Assembly: GCA_964016885.1 (NCBI GenBank)
Contig: CAXHJY010000021.1
Coordinates: forward strand, 62,001-126,000
Length of the DNA: 64,000 nucleotides
Reading direction: 5' to 3'
Origin: Eledone cirrhosa
Lineage: Eukaryota
A program made the translations under genes and the position numbers. Shown piece after piece: positions 12,360-27,042 of this stretch. The notes below the pieces were generated by a model. It searched no databases, was not told the DNA's origin, and was given only the letters and a program-made list of their open reading frames with translations. The first letter of the stretch is position 1. Each line of letters starts with the position of its first letter.

Positions 12360-14930
12360 CTAAGGCGGGTAAAATTCCCGAGATCCATGGACGAGTTCTC
12401 TCCAGCGGTCTCTGTCCCTCATTATCGCTGCCATGTCCTGTGTCTCCAACAGACCAGTGTCTGTCCTTAGGGCATCAACATACGTTAACCTTGGTCTTCC
12501 TCTTCTAGTGTGTCCATGTAGGGGCTCCCAAAGGAGCACTGAGTGCAATGTCAACTCTGGATGTCGGTGAGCATGTACTGCTAACCTCAGTCTCCTCTGT
12601 GTCACTTTTGAGCTGACTTTTGGGATGCTCCCATACAGCTCTGAGTTTTTCATCCTCAGTGTATACTGATTAATGTTCAGAGCCATGCTCAGCATTCTCG
12701 TGTAGCACCCATCCACCATCTGAGTGAGTTTCTTGGTCAGTGTCCAAGTCTCAGACCCATACAGCAGCACAGACTCCACTACAGCAATGAAGAGGCGGAT
12801 TTTCAGGTCTCTTCGAAGGTCCAACTTCCACACCGATCTCAAGCTGTGGCACGCCGCCCAGGCCTTGCTCTTCCTCTCAACCACATCATCTTCCGTAATC
12901 CCAATCTTTGCTCCCAAATACAGGAAGCCCTCAACCAATTCTAGCGGCTCCCCGCCTACATTAGTGATCCCCTCTGGCTTCTCAACATTCTCTACCAGAT
13001 ATTTTGTTTTAGTCTCATTTATTCTCAGCCCCACACTCATCGACACAGTCTCAACCTCCCGCATCAAATCTTCTGCCTCCTTCACTGTATTTGTCACCAA
13101 AACTATGTCGTCGGCAAATTCAGCATCCGAAACCTTTTTCGCCCTAACTCTCCTGCTCTGAGCCGGTGCTACAGTAAAGCCAGAGTCCTGGTGTTTCTCC
13201 AGTGCAGGGCGCATACAATAGTCCACTATGATGATAAAAAGGTAGGGAGCCAATGTATCTCCCTGGAGCACTCCAGCCAGTATCTCAAAGAACTCTGTCA
13301 TCCCATCAGGTGTAATGACTTGGGCTTTGGTGGTGGTGTCGAGCAGTGATATCAGGTCCACTATTTTCTTGGGGATTCCATAAGCCTGTAAGATCATCAG
13401 GCAGTAACGGTCCACAGAATCAAAGGCCTTCCTAAAGTCAATGAAAACCATGACCGCAGGAAGGCACTTTGCTCTAGCTCCCTCTAATATCCTCCTCAGC
13501 ATCAGGATGCGACTGGTGGTTGATCTACCCTCTCTGAAGCTGTTCTGGTTGTCCCTGAGCTTCTTCTCCATCTCAGGCTGGATCCTGTTAAGAATCATCC
13601 TGTTGAGGGTCTTTGCCACAAGTGACGTCAGTGAGATCCCCCTGTAGTTGTTGGTGTTAGAGAGATCTCGCTTCTTTGGCACTGGGACGATGTTACTGAT
13701 CCTCCACTGATTCGGGGCAACTCCTTTCTCCAGTGCCCCGTTACAGAACCCCAGGATGATATCATCAAAATCACACCTCTTCATCACCTCTGATGCCACT
13801 CCATCTTCTCCATGAGCCTTGCCCTCCTTGATCCTCTTCTTGGCTCTCTGAAGCTCCTCTCTGGTGAAGGGCTCTGTCTCAACATCCAGTTCCTCAAACA
13901 GCCGCCTGATCTCCCCAGTGCTCTGGGCTGTGGAGCGTGGCTCTCCTAGTAGGGTCCTAAAATGGTCTAGCCATTTCCTCTTCCTATCCTCGGGCCCCGT
14001 TCCCTGGATTTGACTCGAACACCTTCTCTTCCTCCCTGTGATCTCGTTGATGATCATCCAGCTCTCCTTACATCCAGATCTGTCAACCGCTCTCTCCACA
14101 CTTCTGATCTTCTCTATCAGTGCCTCCTCTCTGACGTCAGTGTAAGCGGTACAGAGCTCTTCCCTCATCACCTCCACAGTCTCCATCCTCTCCTCCGTAG
14201 GATCAGCATAGAATTGGTCCTTGGCAGCTTTCAGGTGTTCTCTGGCTGCACACACTTTTGGGTTTGCAGAGCTGACGTGCTTCCCTTTGTTCTTTTTCCT
14301 CGGCACCAAGGTTTCACTTGCTTCCGCCACTGCATTGGTGAAGTGCCCGTACCTCCTCGTCCCACTCTCCTCAGTCCATCCAATCTCTCTCTCCTCTGAC
14401 TCTCCACACAGAGCACTAAACCTGTTTCTCATTTCCACTGTGAACCTCTCCTGTAGCTTATCATCTTCCTTGAAAGCTCCCCAGTCATAGATTGCTCTCC
14501 GGGCCGAGCCTTGCTCTTTCTTAAGCTCACCCGGACCTCACTCATAACAAGCCGGTGGTCACTACCCAGTGTACTGAAATAGTTGTATGGTTCTGTGTTC
14601 AGAACACTATTCCGAAACTTTTTCCTCACCAGAATGAAATCGATCTGGGACTTGGACAGGTGCATATCTGAGATGTAGGTCCACATCTTCCCCAGATTCT
14701 TCCTAAACCTTAGGTAGGTCGCCATCAAGTTCGCCTCCAGCAGGGTGTCTCTCAGTAGTCTTCCATTTCGGTTGGTGTTGTTATGGAAGTACCAGCAAGG
14801 ATCTTCACTGCCCTCCTTACTCAGATGTGCATTGAAGTCCCCAAAACAAGCAGGATATTGAGTGCCTGAGTGGTGTTGACAGCTCTACACACCTCCTCAT
14901 GGAACTCTTACGCACTCACATCACTGTCCT
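12360..14930 (-). pseudogene. LINE APE (C-terminal half, frameshifted) + RT
   Basis: GDFN, QIDFIL, SDH, NYRGISL, FIDFRKAFDSV, GVLQGDTLAP, FADD, FLYLG, LLYGSETW, RGRPR. Confidence 0.9.
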
Positions 14931-15138
14931 GGGTATGAGATTAAACTACATCCAGTGGCAAGGCTCCAGTTCGGGAGTTCAGGAGTTGTGGGGAATGTGG
15001 AGTTACCCCTTAGTTGTCTTGACTCCCAGGTCTGCCCTGGCCCGGGGTAGTAGTACCTGTTAGGGCTCTATTTATGGGTTAAATAACTACCTTATTCGAG
15101 TGGCGCCGGTAAGGTATTGTCAGCCATTGAAAAGAAAT

Positions 15139-15663
15139 ATGGAGAGTCGATCTAACAGCACTAGGGTTAGAGCCCCTAATTACACTGTCAAGGAGCAGCC
15201 TGGTCGTTATGACTCTGCTGGCTTAGAGCCACAGAGAGCGCCAGTGGATGATGGATCAGCTGTCTCTGAGACAAATATAAAGAATGCAGTTTTGTCCTGC
15301 AGAAGAGCCATCAAAATGGGCACTTTGAATGTGAGGACTATTCGGACGCTGGAGAAGAGAGAGGAGTTGGGACATCTGTTCGGGGAGAGGAGTATACAGA
15401 TACTTGCGATCCAAGAACACAGGATCCTACACGATGAGCCCGTGAGGAGTGTGATGATCGAGAAGAGGAGCCAGCTCATCACTACATCGGCAGTGAAGAA
15501 CACAACAAATGCTGCAGTAGGAGGAGTGGGTTTTGTGTTCAGTGCAAAACCAATCTGTTGGTGAGGGAAATAATGCCTATCTCCCCGCGAGTGTTGAGGG
15601 TGACCTTCAATGAAAACCCAAGACTGACAGTCATCTCAGCCTATAGTCCAACCGAGGAGGACA

Positions 15664-15668
<5 letters not shown>
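15139..15668 (+). pseudogene. APE endonuclease N-terminus of RTE-D (inverted segment, frameshifted)
   Basis: GTLNVRT, LAIQEHR, GGVGF, ISAYSPT. Confidence 0.85.
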
Positions 15669-15751
<83 letters not shown>

Positions 15752-16029
15752 AATATAAATATATATATATATATAGAGATAAATATAAATATATATATAG
15801 ATATAAAAATAAATGAATATATATATATATATATAAATAAATATATATATAAATAAATATATATATATATATAAATAAATATATATATATATAAATAAAT
15901 ATATATATATATATAAATAAATATATATATATATATATATATAAATAATAAATATAAATATATATAAATAAATATAAATATTTAATATATATATATAAAT
16001 AAATATAAATATTTAATATATATATATAT

Positions 16030-16081
<52 letters not shown>

Positions 16082-16095
16082 ATATATATATATAT

Positions 16096-16319
16096 CAACC
16101 TCATTTACAGTGAGTGCTGGGTGATTTTTTACCGTGGCACCTCCACAACCACTTTACAGTGGAATGATAGGGACTGGGGTCTATCATTCCACTGCATTTC
16201 TACTGGAGCAATGTGAAATAAAGTGTCTTGCTCAAGGAAACAACACATCACCCGGTCTGATAATTGAACTCACAACCTTTCGATTGCAAGGCCAATGCTC
16301 TAACCATGTGCCTCCATGT
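16096..16319 (-). mobile_element. tRNA-head/CORE SINE, 3'-truncated
   Basis: A-box-like TGGTTAGAGCATTGG, B-box-like GAGTTCAATT, CORE-like TGTTTCCTTGAGCAAGACACTTT. Confidence 0.8.
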
Positions 16320-16356
16320 ATATATTTATATTTATATATATATATTTATATATATA

Positions 16357-16693
16357 TCATCATCATAATTTCATTTTACGTGCACTTTTCCCTGCTTGCA
16401 AGGGTGGGACGGGAACTGATTCTGGCTTGATTTCTACAGCTGGATGCCCTTCCTAACACCAACATCATTTACAGTGAGTGCTGGGTGCTTTTTTGCCGTG
16501 GCACCTCCACGACCACTTTGCAATGGAATGATATGGACCCCAGTCCGTATCATCTCATTTCTACAGCTGAGTAAACTGGAGCAATGTGAAATAAAGTGTC
16601 TTGCTCAAGGAAACAACACATCACCCGGTCTGAGGATTGAACTCACAACCTTTCGATTGCAAGGCCAATGCTCTAACCACATATATGCCTCCA
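16357..16693 (-). mobile_element. Full-length tRNA-head/CORE SINE with RTE-derived body and tail
   Basis: Same head as the previous copy, the GTTGGTGTTAGGAAGGGCATCCAGC module, a 3' end matching RTE-B 25269-25320, and an (ATG)n tail. Confidence 0.85.
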
Positions 16694-16701
16694 TATATAT
16701 A

Positions 16702-16888
<187 letters not shown>

Positions 16889-16927
16889 ATATTTATATAT
16901 TTATATATATATATATATATATTTATA

Positions 16928-17045
<118 letters not shown>

Positions 17046-17077
17046 ATATATATATATTTATATAATATATTTATATT

Positions 17078-19810
<2,733 letters not shown>

Positions 19811-20753
19811 GTAGATAAATCTACCAAGAGTTTACGGTAGTGTCCAATCCGTATGAAGAACTCAATGTAATCCGGATATCATGGAAAGAAGAGATGCAAT
19901 GAAAAATCACTTTCGGTGAAAGATAAACGGAATACAGAGTCAAGATAAAATATTAAAAAAATAATGAATAAAACAATGAAACAGTTCCTTATATTAAACA
20001 AAAAAAGTTCATTATTTAACGATCGTTTCTAGGATATATATGTGTTAGAATTGGCATGCATATTCAACAGATCTATGTACAAAATTATACAAAATTATAC
20101 AAACTATCAAAATTAAATATACATACCAACACATATATATGCCGTCTTCAGAAATAATGAAATATATTTATTGATAATAACAACAATTCAAAATTACAGG
20201 TCTGTTTGGGAACAGAGTTCAAATTGACCAATGAAAACACAAAAAGTTTATACAGTTAGGTGTGTGTATATATGTAAGTAACTTCGTTTACAGATATGCA
20301 TAAAAATATATGTTCAAATGCATACGCATGCCGAAAAGATGTATGTAAATACAAAAATTCAGGGCTAATGTCTCTGTATGTTTATAATCTACAGATAAAA
20401 TACATATACGCATATAAACATATAAATATAAAAATAAATATATACACATTCATATACTCACACATATACATACATTCACACACACGCGCGCGTATACGCA
20501 TAAACATACACACAACCACGAACATACATACACACACACACACCCACACACATATATGTGTATATACTATTATCATAAGCATATGGACATTAATGCGCGC
20601 ACATAAACACTGCCACACATATTTAGATCCAGATACAGAAAGTAGGTGGGGGGGGGGGGGTCAGTATTTACTGGTGTCAGCAAACTGCCTATTTATAAAT
20701 GTATCTATAAATTTAGAAATAAAAAGAAAAAGAAAAAAGAAAAATATCAAGAA

Positions 20754-20784
<31 letters not shown>

Positions 20785-20830
20785 TATAAACAAGTAAAAT
20801 ATAAAATATACATCGATATACATACACATA
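19811..20830 (-). mobile_element. PLE family-C 3' terminal fragment
   Basis: Homologous to 53326-54270 and, inverted, to 36070-37115. Contains a hammerhead. Confidence 0.8.
20008..20161 (-). ncRNA. Hammerhead-like ribozyme with ~115-nt stem II (PLE-C)
   Basis: UUCAUUAUUU-CUGAAGA-long stem-GAAA-CGAUCG-UU-AAAUAAUGAA. Confidence 0.75.
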
Positions 20831-20890
20831 TATATATATATATATATATTACAGTCCCTCTGTGTTTAATGTATGTTCATTAGTATATGT

Positions 20891-21199
20891 GTTGTTATTT
20901 CTGCTTGCATTTTGCATATATACATATATATATCTATATATATGCTTGCGTGGACCCCTCTCAAAAATTCGTTGGATTTTCTAATTGGATACCCTAACAC
21001 TGGATACCAACACTGAATACACCTGAACTTCTACCAGGAAATCTTTCGTTGTCATTTCTGCTTGCATTTTACATATATAGATATATATATCAATGGTTGC
21101 GTGGACCCCTCTTAAAGATTCGTTGGATTTTCTAATTGGATACCCCGAAACTGGATACCAATTACTGAATACACCTGAACTTCTACCAGGAAATCTTTC
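20891..21199. repeat. Two-copy tandem duplication, ~155-bp unit, slightly diverged
   Basis: Units start at 20891 and 21048 and end in CTACCAGGAAATCTTTC. Confidence 0.9.
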
Positions 21200-21516
21200 A
21201 TATCAGTGAAAATTTTCTTTTCTTTGCTTCATATATATTATATATACTTGGCCGCCATTGCAAAAGGCCATAAATTCAAAATTTTGAAGAGAGAGGAAAA
21301 GAGAGAAGTGATCTATGAACTTGTAACATCTCACTGACCCCCCCGTCACCACAATAACAATAACGCCTACACTCGCTCCCCACCATCACCACATTACTCT
21401 AAAGTCGCTGTCCTGTCCCCTGTTGACTTACTGCTGACTCTCTTTTGATGTATGTATGTGTATATACATATGTGTATGTGTGTGTATATGTATATCTCAG
21501 TGGAGCGACCAGATTT

Positions 21517-21800
21517 CAACACAGCAACAACTACAACAACAACAGCAGCAACACCAACAACAACAACAACAACAGCAACAACACCATCGTCTGTGTTGAA
21601 TGTGTGTGTATGTATTTGTATATATGCGACAGCAATAACAGCATCAACACCATTGTCTGCAGCAACAGCAGCAGTGAAATGAAGGACAACAACAACAGTA
21701 ACAACTACAATAACAACTACAGCACCAACAACTGCCACCACCATCACTGACCATCCACCACCACCACACTGACACCATCCACCACCGCCATTACCAGCGT
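21517..21800. repeat. Mixed (CAA/CAG)n and (CCA)n trinucleotide low-complexity tract
   Basis: Direct reading. Confidence 0.85.
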
Positions 21801-22039
21801 AAACAAACAATTATTATTGTTATTGTTATTATATACAAGCCGAACTGGACTGGGAAAGGTCAACAGTTGACATGATAGTGATTTTGACTTTGATTTTGAT
21901 TTTGTATCAGTACTGTCGGTAATATATGTATATATATATATGTTTGTGAGTGGTGTGCGTGATTGTATGCATGAATGAGTGTTGGTATGTGTGGTTGTGG
22001 TTTGTATGCATGAGTATTAGTGTGTGAGTCGTGTCAATA

Positions 22040-22070
<31 letters not shown>

Positions 22071-25000
22071 CTAATGACCATGCTGTAAAATGGAGGGGTA
22101 GAGAGGGCCATTGAGTCTAGTAAGACATCCTCTCTAGAGCTGGTGGCACAAATAAAAGCACCCAGTCCATGCTGTAAAGTGGCGCTGGTGTTAGGAAGGG
22201 CATCCAACCAGTGTATCAATGCCAAAAAGCTTATCAGCACAGCAACAAAACAGCATAGAAAAATATGAAGACGTCGCATCTCAGAGTTGCAACACTTAAT
22301 GTTGGCACTCTCAGAGGTAGGTCTGCTGAAATAGCGGAGATGCTGGAGAGAAGGCAGGTGGATGTGTGCTGCGTGCAAGAGATGAGATGGAGGGGTGCCT
22401 CTGCGAGACTAGTCGTAGGCAAGCGTCTTAGCTATAAGCTATTCTGGGTAGGTAAGGATGATGGGTTAGGGGGAGTAGGCATTTTCCTGGCTGAGAAATG
22501 GATCAATAAGACAATAGAGGTAGTTCGAGTTAGTAATCGAATAATTAAGCTTAGATTAGTTGTAGGTAGGAGACTACTGACAATCATCTCGGTCTATGCT
22601 CCCCAAGCAGGCCTAGGCAAAGATGAGAAAGACTGCTTTTATGAGCAACTTTTGCAAACAACCACAATGACAGAGGACGGAGACATCGTTATGCTAGCAG
22701 GAGACTTCAATGGTCATGTTGGACAGCTCCAGGATGGTTACACTGGGGTACATGGTGGGCACGGTTACGGTTCAAGAAATGAAGAAGGAGTGAGACTTCT
22801 TGAATTTTGTGATGCAAGTACATTGACTATTTGCAACACAAACTTCCAGAAACCTGCCAATCACCTAATAACCTACAAATCTGGTGAGCACATAAGCCAG
22901 ATTGACTTCCTGCTAGTTAGGCAGCGGGACAGGCAGATAGTGTCTAATACCAAGGCATACCCTGGGGAAGAATGTACCCCACAGCATAGGTTAGTTGTTA
23001 GTGATATCTCAGTAAGCAAGAGATGGAATGAGACATATAGGAAGGTGTGGAGAAGAAAGGTCTGGAAGCTAAGACCTTTCATTAAAATTCAAATTTAGGA
23101 AAGCCCTTCAAGATGTATATGACGAAAAAGAAGACGATTTAGAGACGTATGACATAGATAATAACTGGAAGTTCTTACGTGACAACTTGCTGAAGGCTAC
23201 TGATGAAACCTGTGGCTGGAGCAGAGCTCCAACCAGACAGAGAGTGACCTGGTGGTGGAACAGCAGTGTAGATAAGGCTATTAGAGACAAAAGACTAGCA
23301 TGGAAGGCTTGGAATAAGGGTGGGAGTAGGGAAGAATATACAGCCACTAAGAGAGAAGCTAGACGTCAGGTGTACTTAGCACGCAGGGAGGCAGAGAGTA
23401 GGAGGTTTGCCAATGTTCTGCGACGGGAAGATCAGAGGCGTGCGGTGTTCCACATTGCAAGGCAGTGTGTCAATGCAAATCAGGATGTTGTTGGTGATAA
23501 ATGTGTCCGGGATGATGCCGGTGTACTTAGTGTCACGAATGACCAGAAAAAAGAGGCCTGGAAATGTCATTATGAGAGACTGATGAATGTGGAGAACAAA
23601 TGGGAGAGAGAGAAATTACCCTTGGTAGATCCGACAGAGGGACCAGCTATTGAGATTGACGAATATAGGGTCCAAGAGGCGATTAGGGAAATGAAAAATG
23701 GTAAGGTGGCCGGACCATCGGGAATAGTTGCTGAGATGCTGAAGGCATCAGGGGACGTAGGCACTAAACTGGTTGCACGCATAATGAATCAGGCTATATA
23801 TGGTGGTGTCATACCCAAAGACTGGTGCAGCAGTATTCTCATAAATTGCTATAAAGGTAAAGGGGATGCTCTGGAAAGGAGCAATTACAGGGATATAAAA
23901 CTGATGGATCAGGTTATGAAAGTGGCAGAAAGGATATTAGCACAACTAATTAGAGAAAGGGTCAAACTAGACGAGATGCAGTTTGGTTTTGTGCCTGGGA
24001 AGAGTACAACAGATGCCCTCTTGGTGAGACAATTGCAAGAGGTTCTTAGAGAAAAATAAGCCACTATACTTAGCCTTTGTTGACCTAGAGAAGGCCTTTG
24101 ATAGGGTACCCCGATCTGTCATCTGGTGTTCCCTAAGGAAGCTAGGTGTTGAGGAATGGCTTGTGAGGACAGTGCAAACTTTGTACAGAGGTACTCTCAG
24201 TAAAGTCAGGGTAGGAATGGAGTTTAGTGAGGAATTCCAGATACAAGTAGGAGTACATCAGGGTTCGGTCCTCAGCCCGCTCTTGTTCATTATAGTCCTC
24301 CAAGCCATAACAGAGGAGTTTAAGACTGGCTGTCCATGGGAACTTCTCTATGCTGACGATCTGGCTCTTATGGCAGAATCAGTAGAGGAGCTAGAGAATA
24401 AATTCCGGCTATGGAAACAGCAGTTGGAAGCAAGAGGACTGAGAGTAAATCTAGCTAAGACAAAAGTGTTGATGAGTAGAAAAGAGGACAAAACCCTGAT
24501 TCCGTCAGGGAAATGGCCATGTTCGATATGCAGAAAAGGAACTGGCATAAATTCTATAAAATGCACACAATGTAGGTCCTGGGTACACAAGAGATGTAGC
24601 GGGATAGCAGGCAAACTAACAGGTAGGGAGAAATATTTATGCAGTAGATGTACAGGGAAGTTAGACAGTAGAAGTCGCACTGATAGACACATTTTTCAAA
24701 TGCAAGAGGGCGCTATAGAAGTGGTGGATAGCTTCCGGTACCTAGGAGATCAGATTAGCATGGGAGGAGGGTGTTCCGAGGCCATAGTATCTAGAATAAG
24801 GACGGGTTGGAAGAAGTTTAGGGAGCTGCTTCCTCTGTTGACGAAGAAGGGTTTCTCCCTGCATACGAAAGGCCGGTTGTATGATGCTGCATGGTAGTGA
24901 GACATAGGCAGCTACCGCAGAAGATATGCGACGGCTGGAGAGAAATGAGGCAAGCATGCTCCGTTGGATGTGCAGTGTAAATGTGCGTGGACGACCCAAC

Positions 25001-25321
25001 ATAAATGTGTTGAGAGAGAAACTGTGTCTGAGAGGGATAGAATGTAGTGTACGGGAGAGGAGACTGAGGTGGTATGGACATGTGATGCGCATGGAGGATG
25101 ACCGATGGGTGAAGAAGTGCCAGGAAATGCCAGTTGAAGGAAGACGTGGTAGAGGTAGACCACGAAAAACATGGGCGGAGGTGGTGAGAACAGACCTCAG
25201 ATCATTGAAGCTCACGGTGGAGATGACGAGGGACCGTGACGAGTGGAGAGATGCTGTGCTGAATAAGACCCGTCCCACCCTTGCAAGCAGGGAAAAGCGG
25301 ACGTAAAATGATGATGATGAT
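22071..25321 (+). mobile_element. RTE-B LINE, near full length, frameshifted, with a very short 3' end and (ATG)n tail
   Basis: Continuous APE-RT homology. The 5' boundary is uncertain. Confidence 0.9.
22265..25306 (+). pseudogene. APE + RT with PHD-like finger (24514-24651), several frameshifts
   Basis: [74 protein letters not shown]. Confidence 0.92.
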
Positions 25322-25593
25322 ATATATATATACATATACATACACATATACACATACATACACACACCATATATATACACATACACACACGCATACATAT
25401 AGAGACATACATATACACATATAAATACATAGACATATACATATATACACACATATATATATATACACACATACATATATACATACGTTCACAACACACA
25501 CATATATATATATATATTACACATATACACATATATAAACACACTCATGTATATACACATATACACATACATACCCACATTTTTATTTTTTTA

Positions 25594-25636
<43 letters not shown>

Positions 25637-25748
25637 TTATATATATTTATATATATATATAAATATATATATAAATATATATATAAATATATATATAAAT
25701 ATATAAATATATATATATATAAATAAATATATATATAAATATATAAAT

Positions 25749-25779
<31 letters not shown>

Positions 25780-25855
25780 ATATATATATATATATATAAA
25801 TATATATATAAATATATATATAAATATATAAATATATATATATATAAATATATAA

Positions 25856-25889
<34 letters not shown>

Positions 25890-25914
25890 AATATATATAT
25901 AAATATATATATAA

Positions 25915-25967
<53 letters not shown>

Positions 25968-26083
25968 TATATATATATATATTTATATATATATTTATAT
26001 ATATATATTTATATATATATATTTATATTTATATATATATATTTATATATATATATTTATATATATATATTTATATATATATT

Positions 26084-26115
<32 letters not shown>

Positions 26116-26213
26116 TATATATATATTTATATATATATATTTATATATTTATATGTATATATTTATATATATATATTTATATATATATATTTATATATAT
26201 ATATATATTTATA

Positions 26214-26268
<55 letters not shown>

Positions 26269-26363
26269 TTATATATATATATTTATATATATATATTTAT
26301 ATATATATATTTATATATATTTATATATATATATTTATATATATATTTATTTATATATATATA

Positions 26364-26419
26364 TTACACCTCTCAAAGGCGATGACACACGACCGTGACC
26401 TCTGGCGCCACGCAGTAAT
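26364..26419 (+). mobile_element. 56-bp RTE-C ORF-end fragment within (AT)n
   Basis: Matches the reverse complement of ~45385-45440 ([18 protein letters not shown]). Confidence 0.75.
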
Positions 26420-26492
26420 CTATATACATATATAAACACACACCCACATTTTTATTTTTTTAATATTTTATATATATTTATATATATATATT

Positions 26493-26693
<201 letters not shown>

Positions 26694-27042
26694 TCATCAT
26701 CATCAACGTTTAACGTCCGTGTTCCACGCTTGCATGGGTTTGGACGGGGGTAGTCCCACTTGAGGCAAGAGTGATTGTCTTGCTCGCATAGGACTGTCTG
26801 GCAGGTTTTCTACAGTTGGATGCCCTTCCTAACACCAACCACATTTACAGTGTGGGTCTGGGAGGTTTTTACCGTGTTGCCTACACGGCCACATTACAGC
26901 GTGGACTGTGTGTTTTTTTGTCGTGACACCTACACGATCTCATTTGTTTCGGCCCGGATGGCGCGGCACCAACATAACTTTACATAGGACGGGGTGGTGT
27001 GGATGGGGTGGGGGTGGTGGTGGTGGGACGGGGTGTATTTTG

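Larger units (their letters stand above)
12356..15668 (-). mobile_element. RTE-clade LINE family D (no PHD finger) whose 5' ~740 bp (14931-15668) is inverted
   Basis: Minus-strand RT/APE joins a plus-strand APE N-terminus. The 11-nt AGGACAGTGAT is shared at 14920-14930 (-) and 15658-15668 (+). Confidence 0.88.

Noticed and set aside
14931-15140. HDV-like ribozyme in RTE 5' UTRs
   Set aside because: I could not fold a convincing nested double pseudoknot by eye here or at 30300-30520 and 34770-35289. A descriptor search would be needed.
16615-16693. tRNA gene
   Set aside because: Only A/B-box-like remnants without a full cloverleaf, and fused to a CORE-like body, so it is a SINE head
21394-21810. 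Thr/Asn/Val-rich ORFs as a host exon
   Set aside because: Explained by trinucleotide repeats, with no domain or splice evidence
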